Assembly: GCA_963762255.1 (NCBI GenBank)
Contig: CAVXKA010000002.1
Coordinates: 32,001-96,000 of the forward strand
Reading direction: 5' to 3'
DNA: 64,000 bases
From: Candidatus Eiseniibacteriota bacterium
Lineage (GTDB): Bacteria > Eisenbacteria > RBG-16-71-46 > JABDJR01
Of the stretch, positions 1 to 9,673 are shown one piece after another. A program made the translations under genes and the position numbers. Within the stretch, counting starts at the first letter, position 1. Each line of letters opens with the position of its first letter. A model generated the notes under the pieces. That model saw only the letters and a list, made by a program, of their open reading frames with translations. It did not search any database and was not told the DNA's origin.

Positions 1-802
1 GTCGGCTCGTGTGCGCAGGCGCGTCGTGGCGGTGCACACCACCGGCCGCTGGGGCGGTCGAGCGAGCCTTCCCTCCGGCTTTCGTCGAGCCCTGCGCGGC
101 TATCACGCGGTCCTCGCCTTGAGCCCCGTACACGCGGACTATCTCGTTCGTGAAGAAGGCGTCCCCGAGAAGAAGATCCGCATCGTTCCGAACGGCATCG
201 ATCCCGATCGCTTCGCCGCGCTCCCCGGCCGGGACGAGGCGCGCCGGCAGCTCGACCTGCCCGCCGACGCGGTGGTCATCGGATGCGTGGCCATGCTGCG
301 GCCGGAAAAGAACCACGCGCTGTTGCTCGACGCGGCCGCCCCGCTCCGCGCGCGCTATCCCTCGCTCCATGTGGCGCTGGTTGGGGACGGCCCCGAGCGA
401 GCCGCTCTCGAGGCACGCGCCGCGCGCGACGACTTGCGAGGTGCGGTGCGCTTCTTCGGCCTGCGCGAGAACGTCGCCGAGATGCTTCCCGCATTCGATC
501 TGTTCGCGCTCCCCTCGCTCCCCGAGGTGGAGACGCAGCCGGTGTCGGTGCTCGAAGCGATGGCGGCCGGAGTCCCGGTGGTGGCCACGCGGGTGGGGGA
601 CGTGGAGACGCTCCTCGACGGTGGACGCGCCGGCGTGCTCGTTCCTTCCGGAAACGTCGAGTCCCTGGCCGCGGCGCTGCAACGCGTGCTGGACGACGCG
701 GCGCTGCGCGGTGACCTCGCCGCGCGCGGTCGTGAGATCGTGACCCGCTTCACCCTCGATCGCTCCGCCGACGCGCTTCTCGCGGTGCTGGAGGAGCGGT
801 GA
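1..802 (+). CDS. GT4 family glycosyltransferase (5' end probably outside the window)
   Basis: IVPNGID, 'MLRPEKNH' and 'ETQPVSVLEAMAAGVPVVAT' GT-B/GT4 motifs; N-terminal domain incomplete. Confidence 0.9.
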   Translation, partial: SARVRRRVVAVHTTGRWGGRASLPSGFRRALRGYHAVLALSPVHADYLVREEGVPEKKIRIVPNGIDPDRFAALPGRDEARRQLDLPADAVVIGCVAMLRPEKNHALLLDAAAPLRARYPSLHVALVGDGPERAALEARAARDDLRGAVRFFGLRENVAEMLPAFDLFALPSLPEVETQPVSVLEAMAAGVPVVATRVGDVETLLDGGRAGVLVPSGNVESLAAALQRVLDDAALRGDLAARGREIVTRFTLDRSADALLAVLEER

Positions 803-2016
803 TGCGGGTGCTCCAGGCCAACAAGTTCTTCTTCGCGAAGGGGGGCGCCGAGCGCTACTTCCTCGACCTCTTGGAGATGCTCCCCGCGCGCGGCCACCCG
901 GTGGCGCCGTTCAGCATGCGACATCCCGCGAATCCGCCCTCTCCGTTCAGCGAGTACTTCGTGAGCGGGGTCGACTACGGCGAGAGCGGTGGGGGGGCGC
1001 GCGCGGTCGGCACGGCGCTGCGCACGATCTACAACCGCGAGACCGCCCGGCGCGTCCGGGCGCTGGTACGCGCGTTCCGTCCCGACGTGGCGCATCTGCA
1101 CAATGTGCACCACCAGCTCTCCGGCGCTCTCTTCGAGGCGCTGCACGCCGAGAAGGTGCCGATCGTGCAGACGCTGCACGATTTCCAGTGGGTCTGCCCG
1201 GTCTACACGTTTCTGAGCCACGGCGAGGTGTGCGAGCGCTGCGCGCACGGGCGCGTGTTCCCCGCGGTGAGCCGCCGCTGCCACGGCGGATCGCTCGCGC
1301 GCTCGGTGGTGGCCGCGCTCGAACTCAAGGTCGGAGAGCGGCGCGGATGGCTCGGCATGGTGTCGCGATTCCTCGCGCCAAGCGCGTTTTTGCGGACCAA
1401 GGTCGTAGAGCACGGGCTCCCCGCGGCAAAGGTCGCGACCCTGGGATACTGCCTGCGGCTCGACGCCTATCGCCCGGGAAGCAACCGCGGCGATCACGCG
1501 CTCTACGCCGGGCGCCTGTCGCACGAGAAGGGAGTGGCCACGCTCATCGAGGCGATGGCGCGCGTTCCGGGGCTCCGGCTGCGCGTGGCCGGCGGCGGCC
1601 CTCTCGCCGCAGACCTCGAGCGGCGCGCGGAGGCGGTCGCCCCCGGCCGCGTGCGATTCCTCGGCCACTTGGAGCCGGGGCGCCTGCGCGAAGAACTGGG
1701 CGCCGCCGCGTTCGCGGTCGTCCCCTCGGAGTGGTACGAGAACCAGCCCTTCGCGGTGCTGGAGCCGTTCGCGATGGCCACACCGGTGGTGGGTGCGGCG
1801 ATCGGCGGCATTCCCGAGTTGGTGAGCGACGGCGCGACGGGCGCGCTCTTCACGAGCGGCTCCGCCGACTCGCTCGCGGCGGCGCTGGTCGCCATGAGCG
1901 CGCGCTCCGACCGCGCTGCGCTGGGGGCCAACGCACGCCGCTTGGTGGAGGAGCGATTCGATCCCGATCGCCACCTGGACGCGCTGCTCGCGATTTACGC
2001 CGAGGTGGCGGCATGA
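802..2016 (+). CDS. GT4 family glycosyltransferase
   Basis: MRVLQANKFFFAKGGAERY N-terminus, HLHN, TLHD..CP, CERC, GRLSHEKG, 'SEWYENQPFAVLE'; TGATG overlap with the upstream stop. Confidence 0.92.
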   Translation: MRVLQANKFFFAKGGAERYFLDLLEMLPARGHPVAPFSMRHPANPPSPFSEYFVSGVDYGESGGGARAVGTALRTIYNRETARRVRALVRAFRPDVAHLHNVHHQLSGALFEALHAEKVPIVQTLHDFQWVCPVYTFLSHGEVCERCAHGRVFPAVSRRCHGGSLARSVVAALELKVGERRGWLGMVSRFLAPSAFLRTKVVEHGLPAAKVATLGYCLRLDAYRPGSNRGDHALYAGRLSHEKGVATLIEAMARVPGLRLRVAGGGPLAADLERRAEAVAPGRVRFLGHLEPGRLREELGAAAFAVVPSEWYENQPFAVLEPFAMATPVVGAAIGGIPELVSDGATGALFTSGSADSLAAALVAMSARSDRAALGANARRLVEERFDPDRHLDALLAIYAEVAA

Positions 2017-3143
2017 GGATCGCCATGATCGGCCAGAAGGGACTGCCGGCGACCTACGGAGGAATAGAGCGCCACGTGGAGGAGATCGGCGCGCGGTTGG
2101 TGGAGCGCGGCCACGAGGTCCGCGTGTACACGCGCTCCTACTACTCGCCGGGGAAGGATTCCTATCGCGGGATGGAGCGCTGTCCGCGCCCCACCATCCG
2201 CACCAAGCATCTCGACACCGCCAGTCACGCTCTCTTCGCCACCCTCGACGTCCTGGTGCGTCCGGTGGATCTCGTGCACTACCACGCGCTCGGGCCGTCG
2301 GCCCTGGCCGGCGTGCCGAGGCTTCGCGGCATTCCCACCGTGGTCACCCTGCACGGCCTCGACTGGGAACGGGAGAAGTGGGGAGCGATGGCGTCCTACC
2401 TGCTCCAGCGCTGCGAGTACCCCGCGGTGCACTTCCCCAACCGCACGATTGCGGTGTCGAAGACGCTGCAGCGTTACTGCGAGGAGAAATATCTCATCCG
2501 TCCCGACTACATCCCCAACGGTGTGAACCCGGCGCAGGAGCAGCCGGCGGAGCATCTGGCCAAGTGGGATCTGTCGCCCAAGGACTACTTCCTGTTCGTG
2601 GGGCGGCTCACTCCGGAAAAGGGGGCGCACCTCCTGGTCGAGGCGTTCGCGCGCCTCAAGACGGGACGAAAGCTGGTGATCGCCGGCGGCTCCGCGTTCA
2701 CGGACACCTATGTGGAGGAACTCCACCGCGCCGCGTCGCCGAACACGCTGTTCACCGGCTATGTCCACGGCGCCGATCTCGAGGCGCTCCTCACCCACGC
2801 GTACGCGGTGGTGCTTCCCTCCACGATTGAGGGGCTCTCGATCGCGCTCCTGGAGGCACTCAGCTACGGTCGCTGCGTGCTGGTGAGCGACATTCCCGAA
2901 AATGTCGAGGTGGTCGAGGATGCGGTGCCGCGATTCCGCAGCCGCGACGTCGATTCCCTCGCCGGCGCGCTGGAGCGAATGGACCGGCATCCCGAGGAGA
3001 TCGCCGCCTCCGAGGCGGTGGTGCGGGAACGGCTGGCCCGCCGCTTCACCTGGGATGTGGTGGTGTCGGACCTCGAAGCGCTCTACCGCGAGGTGCTGGC
3101 GGGTAAGCGCGCGCAGCCGGTGGAGCCGCCGCCGCTGGATTGA
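2013..3143 (+). CDS. GT4 family glycosyltransferase
   Basis: ATG at 2013 (ATGA overlap) gives MRIAMIGQKGLPATYGGIERHVEE; GRLTPEKG; EGLSIALLEALSYG. Confidence 0.92.
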   Translation: MRIAMIGQKGLPATYGGIERHVEEIGARLVERGHEVRVYTRSYYSPGKDSYRGMERCPRPTIRTKHLDTASHALFATLDVLVRPVDLVHYHALGPSALAGVPRLRGIPTVVTLHGLDWEREKWGAMASYLLQRCEYPAVHFPNRTIAVSKTLQRYCEEKYLIRPDYIPNGVNPAQEQPAEHLAKWDLSPKDYFLFVGRLTPEKGAHLLVEAFARLKTGRKLVIAGGSAFTDTYVEELHRAASPNTLFTGYVHGADLEALLTHAYAVVLPSTIEGLSIALLEALSYGRCVLVSDIPENVEVVEDAVPRFRSRDVDSLAGALERMDRHPEEIAASEAVVRERLARRFTWDVVVSDLEALYREVLAGKRAQPVEPPPLD

Positions 3144-3185
3144 CGGGCACGAGTTGTCGGCGTGACCATGCGAAGGGAGACCACC

Positions 3186-4400
3186 ATGCGTCCCACACGG
3201 AGCGACGTCGCCCTCCTCATCGGGCTCTTGATAGTCGCCGCCGAGGTGGGGGCTATCTGGACGCATCCCGGCAGCACGCAGTGGGACTTTCACATCTACT
3301 ATCACGCCGCGCGCGCGCATTCGGCCGGGGCGAATCCCTACGATCCCACCGTGCTGCAGGAGTTCTCGGGGGCGCCGCACACCCAGGGGTTCATCTACCC
3401 TCCGCCCGTCCTGCGTGCGTTCCAACCGATCACCGCGTTGGACTACGCTACCGCCGCCCGGCTGTGGCTCGTGTTCAAGCTGCTCGCGCTGTTCGCGCTT
3501 GCATCTGCATGGCGACGGCTCTTTCTGCCCCGGATCGATCGAGGCCTGTTCGTGCTGGTGGTCGTGCTGGGGTTCTCCGGCGCTGCTCTGTGGGACCTGC
3601 GATCCGGCAATGCCAACCTGTTCGAGCAGCTTCTCCTTTGGTCCGCCTTCGCAGCCTATCTGCGTCGTCGCTATCGCCTCTTCACCGCGGGCGTCGTGGC
3701 CGCGGCGGCGTTCAAACTCCTGCCGGCGGCGTTTCTCCTCCTCCTGTTCGCTCCCCGGGTTCCGCGCAGGGAACGATGGTACGCGGCGGCGGGGGCAGCG
3801 GCGCTGCTCGGGATCGTCCTGGTGCCTGCGGTCGCGCACCCGCGGGAGCTGGAGTGGTTCCTGAACGCGGTGCGCAGCAATCGTCCGTCAGGGGAGGTCA
3901 ACCCGAGCATCCTCGGACTTCTCGATGGGATGGCCGGATGGGTGAGCGGCGCACCGGATGTGCCGCACTTCTGGCCGGTGCCGGTATGGGCGGTGCTCAG
4001 CGCCGCAATCGCATGGATCAGTCGCGGGACCCTGCGGGACGCGGCGGGCAACCCCGATGGGAGGGTCCTGATCTTCACAAGCGTGATCGTCTACGCGCTC
4101 TGCGTCCCGAGATTCATGATCTACTCGGGGCTCCTCCTCATCGTCCCGCTGCTCGGCTTTGCGCGGGTGTTCATGGAGAGGTGGGGGGACGGGGCCTGGG
4201 GATGGTTCGCAATCGCGCTCGTGCTCTGTGCCCCCGGGTTGGGACGCGTGCCTCCGATGGAGATAGGGAGCCTGCTCTCCGCTTCGGCTCCGCTTGCGCT
4301 TACCCTGGGCATGTGGGTGATCCTGCGCCGGTTCGACCTGCGGGCACTCGATATCTCGCCCGCTGCCGGCCCGCTGACCCCCGCACCGCCACGATCCTGA
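3186..4400 (+). CDS. GT87/DUF2029-like polytopic membrane glycosyltransferase (GT-C fold)
   Basis: WDFHIYY..A...G.NPY and FIYPP motifs, 'GNAN', 'AFKLLP'; many TM helices; RBS AAGGGAG before ATG 3186. Confidence 0.8.
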   Translation: MRPTRSDVALLIGLLIVAAEVGAIWTHPGSTQWDFHIYYHAARAHSAGANPYDPTVLQEFSGAPHTQGFIYPPPVLRAFQPITALDYATAARLWLVFKLLALFALASAWRRLFLPRIDRGLFVLVVVLGFSGAALWDLRSGNANLFEQLLLWSAFAAYLRRRYRLFTAGVVAAAAFKLLPAAFLLLLFAPRVPRRERWYAAAGAAALLGIVLVPAVAHPRELEWFLNAVRSNRPSGEVNPSILGLLDGMAGWVSGAPDVPHFWPVPVWAVLSAAIAWISRGTLRDAAGNPDGRVLIFTSVIVYALCVPRFMIYSGLLLIVPLLGFARVFMERWGDGAWGWFAIALVLCAPGLGRVPPMEIGSLLSASAPLALTLGMWVILRRFDLRALDISPAAGPLTPAPPRS

Positions 4401-4434
4401 CCGAGGGCGCGCGCCGCGCTGGCCGGGGCTCCGG

Positions 4435-4463
4435 TTGTGAGGAGCGCGAGCGCGTGCTATAAC
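4435..4463 (+). promoter_or_regulatory. putative sigma-70 promoter for manC
   Basis: TTGTGA (4435)-17 nt-TATAAC (4458) with extended -10 TGn; RBS AAGGAGG follows. Confidence 0.55.
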
Positions 4464-4488
4464 GGGCCGCCGGACGACAAGGAGGGTC

Positions 4489-5553
4489 ATGCGCCACGCC
4501 GTCATCCTCGCCGGTGGAAGCGGAGTTCGCTTCTGGCCGGTGAGCCGTAAGGACCGCCCCAAGCAGTTCCTCCCTCTCGGGGGCGGGCAGTCGCTCCTGC
4601 GCGACACGTTCGAACGGCTGGCCCCGCTCGTTCCCCCCGAACGCGTGTGGGTGGTGACAGCGAGCGAGCATGCCCGCAAGGTCGCGCGCGAGCTGCCCGA
4701 GATCGACCGACGCCGCATTCTCCGCGAACCCGTCGGCAGGAACACGGCGCCCGCGATTCATCTCGCCGCGCTGGCCGTACTCGGCGAGGATCCCGAGGCG
4801 ACGCTCCTCGTGGTGCCCGCCGACGCATGGGTTCCCAGGCCCGAGCCGTACCGTCGCGCGCTGCGGGCCGCGATGCGCGCCGCCGAGGGAGGGGACCGCC
4901 TGGTGCTGGTCGGGGTGAAGCCCACCCGCCCCGAGACCGGCTATGGATACATAGACCCCGGATCGAAGCTCGGGCGCGGGCCGGCGCGATCGGTGCGTCG
5001 ATTTGAAGAGAAACCGACCGCGGCCAAAGCCAAGAAGTTCGTCACGGGCGGCCGTCACCTCTGGAACTGCGGCATCTTCGCCGGACGCGCGCGCTCGTTC
5101 GTGAAGGCGGTGGACCGCCATCTCCCCGAACTGGCTTCGGCCTTTGCGCCGCTGCGATCGTCCCGTCGGACCGTGGCCGCGATCGCGACGGCCTATCGCC
5201 GAGCTCCCGCCGTGTCGGTGGACTACGGCATCCTCGAGCGGGCGGCCAACGTGGCGGTGGTGCCCGCGAGCTTCACGTGGGATGATCTGGGGTCATGGCG
5301 CGCGCTGGAGCGGCTCGGCCGCGGCGGCACCTACCTGCGCGGGCCGGTGGCGGTGCTGGACAGCCCCGGACTGATCGCATGGGCTGAGGGAGGTGTGGTG
5401 GCCGTGGTCGGCGTGAGCGACGTGGTCGTCGTTCACACCCCGGACGCGACGCTTGTGGTGGCCAAGGACCGCGCGCAGGACGTTCGCAAGATCGTCGAAG
5501 CGCTGCTGGCTTCGCCGCAGGGCCGGCAACTCGTGGAGGGGAGGAAACGGTGA
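4489..5553 (+). CDS. manC: mannose-1-phosphate guanylyltransferase (no PMI domain)
   Basis: VILAGGSGVRFWPVSR..RPKQFL, EPVGRNTAPAI, PETGYGYI, FEEKP, WNCGIF, SVDYGILE, WDDLGSW. Confidence 0.93.
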   Translation: MRHAVILAGGSGVRFWPVSRKDRPKQFLPLGGGQSLLRDTFERLAPLVPPERVWVVTASEHARKVARELPEIDRRRILREPVGRNTAPAIHLAALAVLGEDPEATLLVVPADAWVPRPEPYRRALRAAMRAAEGGDRLVLVGVKPTRPETGYGYIDPGSKLGRGPARSVRRFEEKPTAAKAKKFVTGGRHLWNCGIFAGRARSFVKAVDRHLPELASAFAPLRSSRRTVAAIATAYRRAPAVSVDYGILERAANVAVVPASFTWDDLGSWRALERLGRGGTYLRGPVAVLDSPGLIAWAEGGVVAVVGVSDVVVVHTPDATLVVAKDRAQDVRKIVEALLASPQGRQLVEGRKR

Positions 5554-6104
5554 TGGCGTCTCGCGGATGGCGCCGGCCCGTAATCGCCGCGGCCGGCATG
5601 GTTGCCGCACTCATCCTGGTTGTCGGTTGCGGCGGCGGGGGAGACAAACCTCCGAACATCGACGTGGCGGGAACGCCGTGGGAGGTGAGCGCGGAATCCC
5701 CGCTCGGCAGCGACGGAGTGAACCTCTCCGCCGATAGCCTCGGGGCGGCCACCGAGGACACTTCGACTTCCATGTCGAGCTTGCCCATCCGCGACCCCTC
5801 GGCGGCGATTCCGCCGGTCCTCCAGGAGACGATCCAGGTCCCCGATCCGAAGGACTTCACCGAGGGGTGGCGCGTGCAGCTTTCCGCCAACTCCACCCTG
5901 GCGGACGCCGACGGCCGCGCGCGGGGTGCGCGCACCAAGTTCACCGAGCCGGTCTACGTGGAGTACGAACCCCCCTTCTACAAGGTCCGGGTGGGGGACT
6001 TTCTGACCCGCCCCGAGGCCGAGTCGATGGCCACCCGGGCCCGTGCCGAGGGATACGAGGGCGCCTGGGTCGTGGAGACCCTCGTTCTCAGGCCGAAGCG
6101 ATGA
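5553..6104 (+). CDS. SPOR-domain lipoprotein
   Basis: lipobox VVGC, low-complexity linker, C-terminal GWRVQL...PFYKVRVGDF.TR.EA...GY.GAWVV SPOR pattern. Confidence 0.8.
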   Translation: MASRGWRRPVIAAAGMVAALILVVGCGGGGDKPPNIDVAGTPWEVSAESPLGSDGVNLSADSLGAATEDTSTSMSSLPIRDPSAAIPPVLQETIQVPDPKDFTEGWRVQLSANSTLADADGRARGARTKFTEPVYVEYEPPFYKVRVGDFLTRPEAESMATRARAEGYEGAWVVETLVLRPKR

Positions 6105-6152
6105 AGAGGCTGCGGATGAACTCCAGGGCCGAACGGGTCGATACCTAAGGGT

Positions 6153-7151
6153 ATGCGCGAACTTCGCAAGGACCCGGTGGTGGGACGCTGGGTCATCATC
6201 TCGACCGACCGCGCCGACCGGCCCGTGGACGTCGGCTTGTCCGTTCCGCCGAAACGGGGAGGCGCTTGCCCGTTCTGCCCCGGCCGCGAAGGGGACACGC
6301 CGCCCGCGATTCTATCCATCGGCCGCAACGGCGCCGGCCCCGATGGGTGGAAGGTGCGCGTCATTCCCAACAAGTTTCCCGCCCTGCAGATCGAGGGCGA
6401 ACTCGATCGGCGCGGCGAGGGCATGTTCGACAAGATGAACGGGATCGGCGCGCATGAGGTCGTCATCGAGACCCCCGATCACAATGCTCAGTGGTGGGAC
6501 CTCGACGCGGAGCATCTCGTCGAGGTGCTACGCGCCTACCGCGCCCGCATGGTGGACCTCGCCCGCGATCCGCGCTTCAAGTACATCCTGGTGTTCAAGA
6601 ACCAGGGAGAGGCGGCGGGGGCCACTCTCGAGCATCCCCACACCCAGCTCATCGCTACCCCGATCATCCCCAAGTGGGTGAAAGAGGAGCTGACCGGCGC
6701 CCGCGACCACTACCGGTTGAAGGAGCGCTGCATCTACTGCGATATCATTCGGCAGGAGGTGGACGAGAACAGACGCCTGGTGCGGGCGACGGACCAATTC
6801 GTGGTCTTCGAGCCGTTCGCTCCGCGGTTTCCCTACGAGACGTGGATCCTCCCGCGGCGCCACGCCTCGTCGTTCGAGAACGGTCCCGAGGATATCCTGG
6901 CCGCGCTCGCGGAAGTGCTGCGCGACGTCTTCGTGCGCCTGCACGGAGTTCTCGGCACGCCGCCGTACAACATGGTGATTCACACCGCGCCGGCGGGCGA
7001 CCCCTTCCTGCTCCACTTCCACTGGCACATCGAGATCATGCCCAAGATCGTCCACGCCGCCGGCTTCGAGTGGGGCTCGGGATTTCACATCAACGTCGTC
7101 CCTCCCGAGGACGCCGCCGTGCGCCTGCGCGAGGCGGTCCCCGTCGTTTGA
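6153..7151 (+). CDS. galT: galactose-1-phosphate uridylyltransferase family protein
   Basis: ELRKDP...RWVII, CPFCPG, PNKFPAL, GAHEVVIE, GATLEHPHTQ (HPH catalytic motif), HWHIEI, GFEWGSG. Confidence 0.93.
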   Translation: MRELRKDPVVGRWVIISTDRADRPVDVGLSVPPKRGGACPFCPGREGDTPPAILSIGRNGAGPDGWKVRVIPNKFPALQIEGELDRRGEGMFDKMNGIGAHEVVIETPDHNAQWWDLDAEHLVEVLRAYRARMVDLARDPRFKYILVFKNQGEAAGATLEHPHTQLIATPIIPKWVKEELTGARDHYRLKERCIYCDIIRQEVDENRRLVRATDQFVVFEPFAPRFPYETWILPRRHASSFENGPEDILAALAEVLRDVFVRLHGVLGTPPYNMVIHTAPAGDPFLLHFHWHIEIMPKIVHAAGFEWGSGFHINVVPPEDAAVRLREAVPVV

Positions 7152-7156
7152 AGCCG

Positions 7157-8656
7157 GTGAAACCGCTCCGGGTCGTGATGGCGGCGATGGAAATGTCGCC
7201 CCTCGTCAAGATCGGGGGGCTGGGCGACGTCGTTCACTCCCTGTCCGAAGCGCTCATCGACCGGGGCCACGACGTCACCGTGATCCTGCCCGCGTACCGT
7301 CACGTACTCCGGGGGGTTTCGCTCGACGACGCACCCGGCAGGGAGATGGACTTCGCCTACGCCGGCGCGCGCCGCCGGCAGCGCTTCGCCCGTCTTCGCC
7401 TGCCAGGCTTGCGGGCCCGTCTCTTCCTGCTCGACGATCCCTCGTTCAGCCGCCGCGACGGTATCTACGTGGATCCCGAAACGCGGGAGGATTACGCGGA
7501 TGGCGCCGACCGATACGCGCTCTACGCTCGAGGGGCGCTCGAACTCCTGCTGCGTGTGGATCTGCGTCCCGACCTCCTGCACGTGCACGATTTTCAGACC
7601 GGGCTCATTCCCTCGATCCTGAAGCGCCATGCGCTCGGCACGCCCTTCTTCGACCGCACCGCCAGCGTGCTCACCATCCACAACCTCGGCTACCAGGGCA
7701 TCTACGATCCCTCCGTGCTGGATCGCATCGGCCTCGACGGAGAGGCGCGGCGACCCGGCGATGCGCTCGAGTTCTGGGGGAAGGTGAACTACCTCAAGGC
7801 GGCGATCGTGGACGCCGACTCGGTCACCACGGTGAGCCCGCGCTACGCGGAGGAAATCCGCAGCCGGCCGGAGTTCTCGGAAGGGCTTCAAGGCGTTCTG
7901 GCCGGCCGCGGGAATGGGTTGACCGGGATCCTGAACGGCATCGACACCGCGACCTGGGATCCCGAGCGCGACCCCTATCTGCCTGCGCGCTACGACCGCG
8001 ACCGCCTCGACGAGAAGGCGGTGAACAAGCGCGCGCTCCTGGCTCGGACGGGGCTCGCGTCTCCGGAGAGTCGCCCTGTCGTGGGGATGGTGACCCGGCT
8101 GGTGGAACAGAAGGGGATCGACCTCCTGATCGCGGGGGCGGAGCGGTTGCTCGAGGAGGATCTGGCGCTCGTCGTGCTGGGCTCCGGCCGCCGCGCCTAC
8201 GAGGACGCGCTCCGGCGACTGGCCGCGGCGCACCCCGGCCAGGTCTTCTACGGCGACGATTTCGACGATCCCCTGGCTCACCTGATCGAGGCCGGTGCCG
8301 ATATCTTTCTGATGCCGTCCCGCTACGAGCCGTGCGGGCTCAACCAGATGATGAGCCTCCGGTACGGCACGGTGCCGGTGGTGCACCGGGTGGGTGGCCT
8401 GGCCGATACCGTCCGCGCGATGGAGGACGACCCCGAGAAGGGAATCGGCTTCGTCTTCGACGCGTACACGCCGGAGGCGTTGGCGGCGGCGGTGTCGCGG
8501 GCAGTGGCGGCGCACCGCGACCCTCATCTCTGGCGGGCGATCCAGCGTCGCGGGATGGGGGAGGACTTCACCTGGAGTCGTTCGGCCGTGCGGTACGAAG
8601 CGGTCTACGCCGAGGCGATGGCCAAGGCGCGGGGCCGGGACGGACGGATACGATGA
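7157..8656 (+). CDS. glgA: glycogen synthase (GT5)
   Basis: GTG start at 7157; EMSPLVKIGGLGDV (KxGGL), HVHDFQTG, TIHNLGYQG, TVSPRYAEEI, GILNGID, PSRYEPCGLNQM. Confidence 0.93.
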   Translation: MKPLRVVMAAMEMSPLVKIGGLGDVVHSLSEALIDRGHDVTVILPAYRHVLRGVSLDDAPGREMDFAYAGARRRQRFARLRLPGLRARLFLLDDPSFSRRDGIYVDPETREDYADGADRYALYARGALELLLRVDLRPDLLHVHDFQTGLIPSILKRHALGTPFFDRTASVLTIHNLGYQGIYDPSVLDRIGLDGEARRPGDALEFWGKVNYLKAAIVDADSVTTVSPRYAEEIRSRPEFSEGLQGVLAGRGNGLTGILNGIDTATWDPERDPYLPARYDRDRLDEKAVNKRALLARTGLASPESRPVVGMVTRLVEQKGIDLLIAGAERLLEEDLALVVLGSGRRAYEDALRRLAAAHPGQVFYGDDFDDPLAHLIEAGADIFLMPSRYEPCGLNQMMSLRYGTVPVVHRVGGLADTVRAMEDDPEKGIGFVFDAYTPEALAAAVSRAVAAHRDPHLWRAIQRRGMGEDFTWSRSAVRYEAVYAEAMAKARGRDGRIR

Positions 8657-8660
8657 GGCA

Positions 8661-8669
8661 TGCTATACT
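8661..8669 (+). promoter_or_regulatory. putative extended -10 element upstream of the wza-wzc operon
   Basis: TGcTATACT in the 64-nt intergenic gap. Confidence 0.45.
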
Positions 8670-8720
8670 GCCCCGCTTGTGCAGTGGGTCGCGAGGCATT
8701 CGGCACATGAGGCCCGTGTT

Positions 8721-9668
8721 ATGAAAAAAATCGTTTTAGCTCTGGTTTGTCTTGTCATGGCGCAGGGAACGCCCGGGTGGGCGCAGGATCGCGACACCGA
8801 GGCCTATACCCTCGGCCCGGAGGACGCGGTGCAGATCCAGGTCTGGCAGCGCGCGGACCTGAGCGGCGCGTTCACGCTGGACAGTCAGGGCAACGTGACC
8901 CTCCCTCTCCTGGGTGAGGTGCATGCCGAGGGAATGACGCCGGCCGACCTCGGCCGGGATCTCGCCCGCCGGTATGCGATTCTCGACTCCGGGGTCAGCG
9001 AGGTGCTGGTCAGCGTGGCGAAGTACAACAGCCGCTATCTGACCATCGTGGGCGAAGTACGAGGCCCGGGGCGCTACAGTTTCCAGACGATGCCGACGAT
9101 TTGGGATGCGATCCTCGCCGCGGGGGGATCATCCCCGCAGGCCGATCTGTCCGCGGTGGAGGTGGTCCGCCGTGAAGCGCAACCCGGGGAGACGAAGAGC
9201 GTCATCGTGGATCTCTCCAAGGGACTCGAGAAGACACCGGCGGCAACGCTTCCCGTCCTGCGCGCCGGCGACAGCGTGATCTTGCCCGCGATAACGCTCA
9301 ACGTGGTGACGGGCGACCAGGTGCAGGTGCTGGGCGCGGTGCGCACCCCCGGCCTGTACCCGCTTCGCGCGGCGGGTTCCATAGTGGCAGCCCTCAGCGT
9401 TTCGGGCGGGACCGTCGAGAACGCCAGGCTGGACGACGTGCGTTTGGCGCGCCGCACCGACGGCGGGGTGGTGGTGTATGGCCTTGATGTGCGCGGCTAT
9501 CTCTACGATGGCTATCCCGCTGCGGACATGGCCCTCCGGGCGGGCGACACCGTGACCGTTCCTTCGAGGCGGGGGGGCTTCAGTGGGGTGCTCCACACCG
9601 CGATGAATGTGGCGCCGCTTCTGAGCGCAGTCGTGAGCATCTGGCTCCTGGGCCGGAACATCAACTAG
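8721..9668 (+). CDS. wza: polysaccharide biosynthesis/export protein (Wza/OPX-like, SLBB domains)
   Basis: signal peptide; YTLGPED.VQIQVW...LDSQGNVTLPLLGEV.AEG.T Poly_export motif; two SLBB repeats (VGEVRGPG, VLGAVRTPG). Confidence 0.85.
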   Translation: MKKIVLALVCLVMAQGTPGWAQDRDTEAYTLGPEDAVQIQVWQRADLSGAFTLDSQGNVTLPLLGEVHAEGMTPADLGRDLARRYAILDSGVSEVLVSVAKYNSRYLTIVGEVRGPGRYSFQTMPTIWDAILAAGGSSPQADLSAVEVVRREAQPGETKSVIVDLSKGLEKTPAATLPVLRAGDSVILPAITLNVVTGDQVQVLGAVRTPGLYPLRAAGSIVAALSVSGGTVENARLDDVRLARRTDGGVVVYGLDVRGYLYDGYPAADMALRAGDTVTVPSRRGGFSGVLHTAMNVAPLLSAVVSIWLLGRNIN

Positions 9669-9673
9669 CTTCC

